Below, in pieces: positions 11,680 through 20,211 of a DNA stretch of 64,000 bases (positions within the stretch are counted from its first letter, which is position 1; each line of letters opens with the position of its first letter). The position numbers and the translations under genes were made by a program. The notes beneath the pieces were generated by a model. The model made no database searches and was not told the origin of the DNA. It saw only the letters and a program-made list of their open reading frames with translations. Source of the stretch: Candidatus Binatia bacterium (GTDB lineage: Bacteria; Desulfobacterota; Binatia; DP-6); contig JAXLXP010000004.1 in the NCBI GenBank assembly GCA_046327955.1, positions 497,463 through 561,462 on the forward strand, written 5' to 3'.

Positions 11680-12936
11680 CTAGTCGACCGCTTCGGCCGC
11701 GATGCCGAAGCGGTCGTGGTAGCGCCGGTAGCGTGCCCGCTCCGTCGCGACGTCGAGCCCGGCGGCCGCGAGCGTGTAGCGGTGGCGGCCGTGCTTGTCC
11801 GCCGGGTTCTCGGCCAGGAAGCGTCGCATGCGCTCCTCGGCCGTGGCCGTGAGCTCGAGGCCGAAGTGGGCGTAGATGCGCCGCACCATGCCGACCTGGT
11901 CCGCCATGAACTCGGCGAACTGCATGTCGAAGACCTGCTCCGGGCGCAGCGGGTGCCGGTCGCGGGCGCGCATGGTCTGCTCGAGGCCGCGGGCGAGGCG
12001 CGCGGTCCAATCGGCGCCGATCGCGATCGGGTCGATGTGCGCGGGGTCGGTGGAGAGGCTGCGCAGGACGGTCACCAGGTTGGTGAGCGATGCGACCACT
12101 CTGAGCGCGTCGCGATGGGTCTGGACGATGCGCGCGTCGGGGTACTCGTGCAGCAGCGCGTCCAGGGCCCAGAGATGGCCGGGTGACTTGAGCACCCAGC
12201 GCTCCGCCGGGCAGTGCCACTGGAGGTACTGGAGCTGGCGGCGGTGCGACGCGTACACCCACCGCAGGTCGGTGCTCTCGAGCCAGGCCTGGTAGCTCGG
12301 GACGTCGTTGGTGGTGTGGTAGATCATCGTCGCGAAGTCGTGCGCGGTGAGCGCCACGCACTCCTGTGGCAGGCGGGCGCCCATCGGGTGGATCGCCTTG
12401 AAGCCCGGCAGGAGTCGGTCGACGCCGCCGAGGTGCTCGTCGACCCGGGCGATGCGCGGGTCGGTGGCAAACGTCGCCTGCTCGGGCGGCGGCCAGGGGT
12501 GCATCACCTCCCAGGTCATCGGCACCCGGTTGGCCGGATCCTGCGCCAGCAGCTCGTGGAGGATCGTCGTGCCGGTGCGCGGGAGGCCGACGATGAACAC
12601 GGGGCGGGTGATCCGCTCGTCGCCGATCGCCGGGTGACGCCGCCGCTCGGCGGTCATGTGCAGCCGGTTCTCGAGCAGGCGGACGAGGTCCTGGCGTATG
12701 ATGATCCGGCCGAGCAGCGTCAGGTGCGCCTCGTCCTCGAACGAGGCCACCAGTCGGCGCAGCGGATCGCGGAACGTCGGGTCGCCGAAGTCCGTGAGCC
12801 CGCCCGTGTTGCGTGTGGCGCGGGCGAGCAGGTCCTCGACGTTCAGGCGCAGCAGCGGGAGCCCAAGCCGCCGGGCGAAGCCGCCGGCGACGTTGAGCAG
12901 CCGGACCGGGCGCGGGAAGGCCGGCGGCGCGATCAG
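11680..12936 (-). CDS. Sulfotransferase family protein (PAPS-binding P-loop GLPRTGTT)
   Basis: C-terminal 418 aa of ORF 11680-14088 has sulfotransferase hallmarks (VFIVGLPRTGTTILHELLAQDP, RWVLKSPGHLWALDALL). The conserved N-terminal region starts right at the helD stop. No ATG/GTG/TTG is available there (CTG at 12934-36), so the start is uncertain. Confidence 0.65.
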   Translation of the reverse strand: MIAPPAFPRPVRLLNVAGGFARRLGLPLLRLNVEDLLARATRNTGGLTDFGDPTFRDPLRRLVASFEDEAHLTLLGRIIIRQDLVRLLENRLHMTAERRRHPAIGDERITRPVFIVGLPRTGTTILHELLAQDPANRVPMTWEVMHPWPPPEQATFATDPRIARVDEHLGGVDRLLPGFKAIHPMGARLPQECVALTAHDFATMIYHTTNDVPSYQAWLESTDLRWVYASHRRQLQYLQWHCPAERWVLKSPGHLWALDALLHEYPDARIVQTHRDALRVVASLTNLVTVLRSLSTDPAHIDPIAIGADWTARLARGLEQTMRARDRHPLRPEQVFDMQFAEFMADQVGMVRRIYAHFGLELTATAEERMRRFLAENPADKHGRHRYTLAAAGLDVATERARYRRYHDRFGIAAEAVD

Positions 12937-15041
12937 GCGCGGGTCCCCGTTGCCCCGAGCTGCTCCCGCACGGGCGCCGCGGGGGTCCCGACGCTCGTGA
13001 GCCAGAGCTGGTGGACGGCACGCGTTGCGCCGACGTGGAGTCGGCGGCGGGTGGCCGCCGTGTCCGGGAACTGCTGCGTACTCGTCTCGACCAGCACGAC
13101 GTAGTCGAACTCGAGCCCCTTCGCCTGCTCGATCTCGGTGACCTCGACGCCGGGGGCGAAGGTGAAGTTCTGCCGCTCGACGTGCCGCAGCCGCGGCACC
13201 TCGGCGACCGCGAGCCCGCGGTGATACTGGGCCGACAGCGCGCTCGACGGGGTGAGGACCGCGACCGACGCGAGCGGCTCGTGGCGGGCGAGCTCGGCCA
13301 GCGCGTCGGCGAGCCAGGCGACGCAGGCACCGTGGTCGGTGAAGCGGAAGAGCTCGACCGGCGGGCCCGAGCGCACCGTGCGCGGCGGGCCCGGGTCCTC
13401 GCAGAGGTCGCCGAGCAGGCCGACCGCGAAGGTCGCGATCTCGTGCGTGCAGCGGTAGCTGGTCTCGAGCGTGTCGACGGCCGTGCCCGGAAGGCCCAGG
13501 CGGGCGAGGAAGTCTCCCCACGACGTGAAGCCGCCCTCCTGGGCGACGTGCTGCTGCGTGTCTCCCGCGAGCGTGAGGCTGCGATGCGTGTCGAGGCAGC
13601 CGAGCAGGACCTGCACCTCGACCGGGGCGAAGTCCTGCACCTCGTCGATCGCCACGTGCCGGTAGCGGAGCGCCTGCCCGCCGCGCCCGGGGAGCAGGCC
13701 GATCCGGAGCTGCCACGCGCGGAGCAGGAGGGCCTCGTCCTCGGAGTCGAGGGCCGCGTCGGCGTGCGGGTCGCCGCTCGTCCAGGCGGCGATGTCCTCG
13801 TGGCGGCGGCGCAGCCAGTCGAGGGCGCGGCCGAGCTCGCCCGCGCCGAACGCGCCCGGGGCTTCGCGTGCGAAGACCTCCTCGAGCAACGGGCGACGGG
13901 TGAGCACGCTCGCCCAGTCGTCGACCACCTGGGCCGGCGTGGCCGGACGGGGCGTTTCGGTGACGTGGCGCTCGAGGGCGGTGAGCAGCGCCGGGTGGAG
14001 CTTGAGGCGCTGCACGGCGGCGGGCGCGTCGTCGCGTCGGTCGCGCGGCAGACGCGGAAACAGCCGGTGGACGTGCTCTTGCGCCCACTCGTGGAACGTC
14101 CGGACCTGCACGCGCACGACGCCGAGGGCCGGCAGGACGTGGCTCTCGTAGTCGCGCAGCGCCGGCGAGAACACGACCACGAGCGTCTCCGGGGAGTCGA
14201 AGCGGGGCTCCTCGTAGGCGAGGTAGGCGATGCGGTGCAGCGCGACCGTCGTCTTGCCCGAGCCCGCCGTGCCCCGGATGAGGACGATGCCGCTCGACGG
14301 ACGCGTGATGAGCTCGAACTGGTGCGGGTCGATCAGGCCGGCGATGTCGGGGAGGTGCTTGTCGGCGCGCCGGCGCACGCCGCGCGTGTCGGTGCCGAGC
14401 CGCCGGTCGCGGCCGTCGTTCACGTCGTGGGCGCGCAGCGCGGCTCGCTCGCCGCCCCCGAGCCGCGGCGGGTGCAGCGCGACCCGCCGCCAGCCCCCGG
14501 GCGCCTCGGCGTCGGCCTGGAACGTCCCCTCGGGGGCCTCGACGCGCCGGAGCGTCCGATCGCGGATCGCGAGCGTGCGCCGGACGGTGACCTCACCCGT
14601 GCGGGTGCGCCCGGCGATCTCCTCCTCGTACTCCTCGCCCTGTCGGTAGCGGTAGAAGATCCGGGAGACGGGCGCGTTGCGCCAGTCGACGATCGGCAGC
14701 CCGGGGAGCACGCGCGTCGTCTTGCCGAGCAGAATGTCGAGGTCCTTTCCGCCCTCGCGCAGCCGGAGATGGGCGAAGTAGGGCGAGCCGGCGTCGACCT
14801 CGGGCGGACGCTCCGCCGTGCGCAGCTGGTGCAGCAGGGCCTGCTGGCGATCCCATTGCTGGAGGAGCGCCGCGCGGTCCTCGGTCTTGGTGCCCCGGTC
14901 GGCGAGCTGGTCGCGCAGGTGCTCGAGCTCGGCGACCACGGAGGCCTCCGACGGCGCCGCCGCCTGGGTGGCGGCGTCGAGCCGGGCCAGCAGAGCCGCG
15001 AGAATCTCGAGCTCTTCGTCGACGATCGGATGGTCGGCCAT
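12933..15041 (-). CDS. helD: UvrD-family DNA helicase, HelD (helicase IV)-like
   Basis: Walker A GTAGSGKTTVALHRIAYL, motif II AIDEVQDF, ETSYRCTHEIA, and a C-terminal VHQLWLTS. N-terminal coiled-coil region as in HelD. Confidence 0.7.
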   Translation of the reverse strand: MADHPIVDEELEILAALLARLDAATQAAAPSEASVVAELEHLRDQLADRGTKTEDRAALLQQWDRQQALLHQLRTAERPPEVDAGSPYFAHLRLREGGKDLDILLGKTTRVLPGLPIVDWRNAPVSRIFYRYRQGEEYEEEIAGRTRTGEVTVRRTLAIRDRTLRRVEAPEGTFQADAEAPGGWRRVALHPPRLGGGERAALRAHDVNDGRDRRLGTDTRGVRRRADKHLPDIAGLIDPHQFELITRPSSGIVLIRGTAGSGKTTVALHRIAYLAYEEPRFDSPETLVVVFSPALRDYESHVLPALGVVRVQVRTFHEWAQEHVHRLFPRLPRDRRDDAPAAVQRLKLHPALLTALERHVTETPRPATPAQVVDDWASVLTRRPLLEEVFAREAPGAFGAGELGRALDWLRRRHEDIAAWTSGDPHADAALDSEDEALLLRAWQLRIGLLPGRGGQALRYRHVAIDEVQDFAPVEVQVLLGCLDTHRSLTLAGDTQQHVAQEGGFTSWGDFLARLGLPGTAVDTLETSYRCTHEIATFAVGLLGDLCEDPGPPRTVRSGPPVELFRFTDHGACVAWLADALAELARHEPLASVAVLTPSSALSAQYHRGLAVAEVPRLRHVERQNFTFAPGVEVTEIEQAKGLEFDYVVLVETSTQQFPDTAATRRRLHVGATRAVHQLWLTSVGTPAAPVREQLGATGTRA

Positions 15042-15113
15042 CGCGGAGGCGAGCGGGGGAGGCTATCGCGTTCCGCGGCGGAGATACAACCGCCCTGGCC
15101 GCTCGCCAGGCGC

Positions 15114-16655
15114 TCAGGTCGAGATCGCGGGTGGACGAGCGGTCTCCTCGAGCTCGGCGATCGCCCGGTCGAGGTGGTGGCCGAGCGCCTGCATGTACTC
15201 GTAGAAGGCCTTGTGGATGAGGGCGAACGAGACCGCGTCCTTGAAGACCGCTGGCCGGCGCACCAGCGTGGTGAACAGCAGGGAGAGCGTGAACCACGCG
15301 CGCCGCGGGCTCGTGCGCAGCATCGTGCGCCAGACGATGCGCAGGAACAGCCGCACCTCGGCGGCCGTGATACGGACGTCGGCGGCGACCTGCTCGCCCT
15401 TGTGGAGGAGGAAGCCGAGGGTCCGCTCGCGGTAGTTGCGGAAGTCGTAGAGTGCCTCCAGGAGGCGGCGGTAGCCGCGATACAGCTCGAGGCGGCTCAT
15501 CTGCACCGGGAGGATGTTCGAGAAGACGAACTGGTCCCCGGTCGTCTCGGCGAGGAGCCGGCCTTCGCGCTGCATGCGATCGTGGAGCGGCGTCTTCGGC
15601 ATCGCCTGGAGCATCCCGGTCATCGATACGGGGATGCGGGCCTCCTGGATGAAGCGGAGCTGCTCCTCGAAGATCGTCGGGTCGTCGTGGTCGAAGCCGA
15701 CGATCATCCCGGCCTGCACGTGGATGCCGTACGACTGGATCTTGCGCACGCTGTCGACCAGGTTGCCGCGCATGTTCTGCGTCTTGTGCGTCTCGGCGAG
15801 CGAGGCCGCGCGCGGGCTCTCGATCCCGATGAAGACCGTCGTGAGCTGCGCCGCGCGCATGAGCGCGAGCAGCTCGTCGTCCTGGGCGACGTTGAGGGAG
15901 ACCTCGGTGTTGAAGTGGAGCGGGTAGCCGTGATCCGCGTTCCACGCGGCGATCGCCTGCAACAGCTCCTTGGCGAGCTTCTTGTTCCCGATGAAGTTGT
16001 CGTCGACGATGAAGATCTGCTCGGCGCCGAGGCGGTGACACTCGGCGATCTCGGCCATCACCTGCGCGACGGATTTCGCCCGCGGCCGGCGGCCGTACAT
16101 GACGATGATGTCGCAGAACTCGCAGTTGTAGGGGCAGCCGCGCGCGAACTGGATGGTGAGCGACTGGTACCGCCCGACCTTGAGCAGGTCGAAGCGCGGG
16201 GTGGGGGAGGTGGTGAGGTCCGGCTTCTCGGCCGGGCGGTACTCGGACTTCCAGGCCCCCGCGGCGAAATCCTCCAGGAACTGCGGCCAGGTCTCCTCGG
16301 CCTCGTCGACGAAGAGGACGTCGCAACGCCCGCGAAGCTCCTCGGGACAGAGTGACGCAAACGGCCCGCCGACCACGACGAAGCGGCCGCGGCGACGAAA
16401 CTCCGCGACGATCTCGAGCATCCGCTGCTTGTGGACGATGTAGCCCGTGACGCCGACCACGTCGGCATCGACGTCGAAGTCGATGTCTTCGACGTTCTCG
16501 TCGCAGATGGTGAGGTCGTGCTCGCGGGGCGTGAGCCCGGCGACGGTCGGCATGGAGAGGTTCGGGAAGATGCAGTGCTTGCCGAGGAGCGGCAGGATGC
16601 GGTCGTACGTCCAGAAGCTGGGCGGGTTCCTGGGCGTGACGAGATGGATCCTCAC
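15114..16655 (-). CDS. B12-binding domain radical SAM protein (class B, DUF4070-type C-terminus; HpnJ-like)
   Basis: GTG start (VRIHLVTPRNPPSFW) with a GAGGAGG ribosome-binding site. Cobalamin-binding Rossmann-type N-domain. CPYNCEFC radical SAM cluster motif. Conserved C-terminal DUF4070-like region. Confidence 0.8.
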   Translation of the reverse strand: MRIHLVTPRNPPSFWTYDRILPLLGKHCIFPNLSMPTVAGLTPREHDLTICDENVEDIDFDVDADVVGVTGYIVHKQRMLEIVAEFRRRGRFVVVGGPFASLCPEELRGRCDVLFVDEAEETWPQFLEDFAAGAWKSEYRPAEKPDLTTSPTPRFDLLKVGRYQSLTIQFARGCPYNCEFCDIIVMYGRRPRAKSVAQVMAEIAECHRLGAEQIFIVDDNFIGNKKLAKELLQAIAAWNADHGYPLHFNTEVSLNVAQDDELLALMRAAQLTTVFIGIESPRAASLAETHKTQNMRGNLVDSVRKIQSYGIHVQAGMIVGFDHDDPTIFEEQLRFIQEARIPVSMTGMLQAMPKTPLHDRMQREGRLLAETTGDQFVFSNILPVQMSRLELYRGYRRLLEALYDFRNYRERTLGFLLHKGEQVAADVRITAAEVRLFLRIVWRTMLRTSPRRAWFTLSLLFTTLVRRPAVFKDAVSFALIHKAFYEYMQALGHHLDRAIAELEETARPPAIST

Positions 16656-16743
16656 GGCGCGGCACCTCCTCGCGTGGAAGGCGATCCATTCCTCGCCACG
16701 CCTGGGGAAAGATTGCAAGTGCCGAAGCGGATGCGCAGCGTGG

Positions 16744-16971
16744 TCAGTCCATCGCGCACATGCCGCGCTGCGCCGCGCCGCACGAGCCGCACGGGCCGGG
16801 CTCGGGGACCGGGGCCGCCGCGGTCGCGCCGCCGACGGCGAACGCCGAGAGAAGCCGGGTCACCGCGGAGCTCCCGCAGCGGCGGCACGTGACGGCGTCG
16901 GCCTCGGCTCGCGACGTCAGCTCTTCGAACTGCGCCTCGCAGGCTCCACAGCGGTACTCGAACATCGGCAT
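16744..16971 (-). CDS. FmdB-family zinc-ribbon protein
   Basis: MPMFEYRCGACEAQFEEL...CRRCGSSAV. CxxC...CxxC as in FmdB putative regulatory proteins. Confidence 0.6.
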   Translation of the reverse strand: MPMFEYRCGACEAQFEELTSRAEADAVTCRRCGSSAVTRLLSAFAVGGATAAAPVPEPGPCGSCGAAQRGMCAMD

Positions 16972-17092
16972 GGGGTGGATAAAGACGGAGGCGCGCCGGG
17001 GATGCAAGCCCCCGCGATTGCCGCGGGTGGGGCGCGCGTCCTTTTGACGCAACGGGCCGGCGCCTGCATAGTCGCCCGCGCCGGGAGGCGGG

Positions 17093-17731
17093 ATGATCGA
17101 GACGCTCTGGAACCTGTTCCACCAGGTCTACGACGTGAAGGCGGTCGTCGAGTACGGCGGCCTGGTCGCGCTGGTGGCGATCGTGTTCGCCGAGACCGGC
17201 CTCATGGTCGGGTTCTTCCTCCCGGGCGACTCGCTGCTCGTGACGGCCGGAGTCGTTGCCGCGGCCGGGCACCTGAACCTCTGGGCGCTGCTGTCCGCGG
17301 TGACGCTGGCGGCGATCGTCGGCGACCAGGTGGGGTACTACATCGGTCATCGTACCGGGCCGCGGCTCTTCAAGCGGGAGGACTCGCTCCTGTTCCGTCG
17401 GCAGCACCTGCTGCGGGCGCGCGAGTTCTACGAGCGGCACGGCGGCAAGACGATCATCATCGCGCGCTTCATGCCGATCGTGCGGACGTTCGCGCCGGTC
17501 GTGGCCGGGGTGGGGGAGATGCAGTACCGGCGCTTCGTCACCTTCAACGTCGTGGGCGGTGCGCTCTGGGTGTGGAGCACGTCGCTCCTCGGCTACACCC
17601 TCGGGCGCAGCATCCCCGACATCGACCGGCACATCCACGTCGTCATCGTCGTGGTGATCGTGCTCTCGCTCCTGCCGGGCCTCGTCGAGTTCCTGCGCAA
17701 CCGCCGTCACGCGGCGGAACGGTCGCTCTGA
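17093..17731 (+). CDS. dedA: DedA/SNARE-associated (VTT domain) membrane protein
   Basis: Conserved FFLPGDSLL ... GYYIGHRTG ... ARFMPIVRTFAP motifs and 4-5 TM helices. Confidence 0.8.
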   Translation: MIETLWNLFHQVYDVKAVVEYGGLVALVAIVFAETGLMVGFFLPGDSLLVTAGVVAAAGHLNLWALLSAVTLAAIVGDQVGYYIGHRTGPRLFKREDSLLFRRQHLLRAREFYERHGGKTIIIARFMPIVRTFAPVVAGVGEMQYRRFVTFNVVGGALWVWSTSLLGYTLGRSIPDIDRHIHVVIVVVIVLSLLPGLVEFLRNRRHAAERSL

Positions 17732-17814
17732 CACCCCATCCGAGGTTTGACCACCCTCGGCAAACCCGTTAGGGAACCGGGGATTTCGGGGCCGCTTCCG
17801 GTGAGGATCGACTG

Positions 17815-19200
17815 ATGGCGACGATGATCACGAGCGAGTGCATCAACTGTGGCGCTTGCGAGCCCGAGTGCCCGAACACCGCCATCTACCAGGGCGGGGT
17901 CGAGTGGCAGGCACCGGACGGGGCGAAGCGGACGGCGCTCTCGGACGACATCTTCTACATCGTCCCCGAGAAGTGCACGGAGTGCGTCGGCTTCTTCGAC
18001 CACGAGGCGTGCGCGGCGGTGTGTCCGGTCGACGCCTGCGTCCCGAACCCGGAGATCCCGGAGACGGAGGCCGTGCTCCTCGCCCGTGCGCGCGCGCTCC
18101 ATCCCGACAAGACGATCCCGGACGACGCGCCGTCGCGTTTCCGGAAGGGAGACGGGGAAGGGGCCGCGGCTGCGCCGGCCGCCGCGCCAGCCGCCCCCGC
18201 GGCGGCGCCCGTCAAGACCGCCGCCGCGCCGGCACCGGCGCCCGCGAGAGCCGCGGCGAAGCCGGGATCGGGGAAGGTCGAGAAGGCCGCTGCCCCGCCG
18301 AAGCCCCGGCCGCAACGGTCCTTCAAGGGCGAACTGCCGGTGGGATACGACGAGCTGCTCTCGGATCTTGGTGCCCCGCGGCGGACGCGCAGCGGAGGCG
18401 GGCTCCTGCTCGGCCTGGTTGCCGCGCTCCAGGGGGTCCTCGGCGCGCTTCCCGACGGCGAGAAGCGCCACCTCGAGGAGGCGGTGAGCGACGGCCGCTA
18501 CTTCAGCGCCCAGCTGGCGACCGCGGTCAACCTGTTCCTGAACCTCCTCCTCTACCCGCTGGTCGTGCTCGGCGCCGCGCTCGCGCGCGGAGCGAACCTC
18601 TTCTCCCCGGACGTCCACGGCCCCCTCTTCTGGGGCACGATCTTCGCGGTGGCCGAGGGCCTCTGGCGACTGCGCGAGAACGTCTTCCGCTTCATGCCAC
18701 TCGATCAGGCACCGCTGCGCGGCGCGATCTACGGCATCCTCCTCTGGCCGCTGGGGCGCATCCTGCTCGCGCTCGTCGGGCCGCGCGGGACCGAGAGCGG
18801 CGTCGGCTTCGACGGGTTCTACGGCAACCGCGAGTCGTTCGACGACAAGACCGAGCGTGCGCGTCGCTACGGCGAGGTGTACCGCCTCGAGGATCGCGAC
18901 GATGCGTACCTCTTCCGCCTCGAGCTGCCGCGCACGGTGCCGCCGTCGTCGCTCGGCGCGCAGCTCGACCTGCCGACCGAGATGCCCGACTACGACTACG
19001 ACATTCAGGTCGTGGGTGGTGACCTGGTGGTGCACGGCAAGGTTGCCGACGCGCAGGTGCACAAGCTGACCGCGGTGGCACCGGCGTTCCCACCGACCTT
19101 CACGACGCGCGTGCGCCTCGCGGACGACGTCGTCGGGTTTCGCCACCGCTATCGGGACAAGGTCCTCGAGGTCATCTTGCCCAAGGCCGCAGCGCACTGA
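17815..19200 (+). CDS. Fusion protein: N-terminal 2x[4Fe-4S] ferredoxin, Ala/Pro-rich linker, 3-4 TM helices, C-terminal Hsp20/alpha-crystallin-like domain
   Basis: CINCGACEPECP and CTECVGFFDHEACAAVCP cluster motifs. Linker AAAAPAAAPAAPAAAP.... TM helices. C-terminus resembles the alpha-crystallin domain (YRLEDRDDAYLFRLELP ... DVVGFRHRYRDKVLEVILPK). Confidence 0.65.
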   Translation: MATMITSECINCGACEPECPNTAIYQGGVEWQAPDGAKRTALSDDIFYIVPEKCTECVGFFDHEACAAVCPVDACVPNPEIPETEAVLLARARALHPDKTIPDDAPSRFRKGDGEGAAAAPAAAPAAPAAAPVKTAAAPAPAPARAAAKPGSGKVEKAAAPPKPRPQRSFKGELPVGYDELLSDLGAPRRTRSGGGLLLGLVAALQGVLGALPDGEKRHLEEAVSDGRYFSAQLATAVNLFLNLLLYPLVVLGAALARGANLFSPDVHGPLFWGTIFAVAEGLWRLRENVFRFMPLDQAPLRGAIYGILLWPLGRILLALVGPRGTESGVGFDGFYGNRESFDDKTERARRYGEVYRLEDRDDAYLFRLELPRTVPPSSLGAQLDLPTEMPDYDYDIQVVGGDLVVHGKVADAQVHKLTAVAPAFPPTFTTRVRLADDVVGFRHRYRDKVLEVILPKAAAH

Positions 19201-19205
19201 GGCGA

Positions 19206-20201
19206 GTGGTGCCAGCGAGCGTCGTTCTCGGCTGCGGAGATCACCTCCCCGAGCGGGTCGTCGGGAACGCGGAGCTGGCAGGCGATCTCGGCACGTCGCC
19301 CGAGGCAATCGGCGAGCGTACCGGCGTCACGCGGCGACACTATGCGCCGGTCGGCCTGGGGCCGTCCGACCTCGGCCGGGAGGCGTCGCGTGCGGCGCTC
19401 GCCGCGGCTGGGCTCGGGCCGGAGGCGATCGACCTGATCGTCTTCGCCACGATGACGCCCGACGTCGCCTTCCCGGGGTCGGGGTGCTACCTGCAGGACA
19501 AGCTCGGGTGCCGCACCATCGGGGCCCTCGACGTCCGCGCCCAGGACGCGGGGTTCCTGTTCGCGCTCGCCACCGCCGATCGCTTCGTCCGCGCGGGAAA
19601 GGCGGATCGCGTCCTGGTGGTGGGCGCCGAGGTCCATTCGACGGCGCTCGAGCGCGCGCCGCGCGCCGCGGCGGTCACGCCGGTTTTCGGCGACGGCGCC
19701 GGTGCCCTCCTGATCGGCTCGGGGGCCGCACCGGGCGTGCTCGCGGTCGTGCTGCACACCGACCCGACGGACCTCGAGCGCTACTGGTGCGAGTTCCCCG
19801 CGAGCCGCAACCATCCCATGCGCATGACGCCCGAGCACTTCCACGCCGGGCGCCACTTCTATGTGCTCGACGCCGCGGCGGTGCATCCGCAGGCCGAGCG
19901 GGCGCTCGTGGAGACGAGCGCCGAGGTCCTGGCCAAGGTGGACGTGACGCCCGATCGGCTCGCGCTCGCCGTCGTCCACTACCTCGATCCCCGTGTGGCG
20001 CGGCGGGCGGCCGCCGCGGCCGGGCTCCCCGAGGGACGGACCGTGGCGCCGGCCGAGACGATGGGACACATGGCGGCGGCGGGCATCCCGATCGCCCTCG
20101 CGCAGGCGATCGCCGCCGGACGGGTGGGGCGCGGTGACCTCGTGCTGTGCCTGGCGTTCGGGGCCGGTATGTCGGCGGCGGGTGCCGTCCTGCGGCTCTA
20201 G
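19206..20201 (+). CDS. KAS III (FabH)-like protein with degenerate catalytic triad
   Basis: FabH fold throughout. The active-site Cys position reads AQDAGF (Asp instead of Cys in the NQCSGF motif) and the Asn position reads GHMAAAG. Starts 6 nt after the upstream stop. Confidence 0.7.
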   Translation: MVPASVVLGCGDHLPERVVGNAELAGDLGTSPEAIGERTGVTRRHYAPVGLGPSDLGREASRAALAAAGLGPEAIDLIVFATMTPDVAFPGSGCYLQDKLGCRTIGALDVRAQDAGFLFALATADRFVRAGKADRVLVVGAEVHSTALERAPRAAAVTPVFGDGAGALLIGSGAAPGVLAVVLHTDPTDLERYWCEFPASRNHPMRMTPEHFHAGRHFYVLDAAAVHPQAERALVETSAEVLAKVDVTPDRLALAVVHYLDPRVARRAAAAAGLPEGRTVAPAETMGHMAAAGIPIALAQAIAAGRVGRGDLVLCLAFGAGMSAAGAVLRL

Positions 20202-20211
20202 GAGGCGGCGG

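Noticed and set aside
13011-16355. 1114-aa plus-strand ORF, and the 698-aa minus-strand ORF at 14593-16689
   Set aside because: Antisense or out-of-frame to helD and the B12 radical SAM gene. Compositionally biased (R/E/D/G/L). No recognisable domains.
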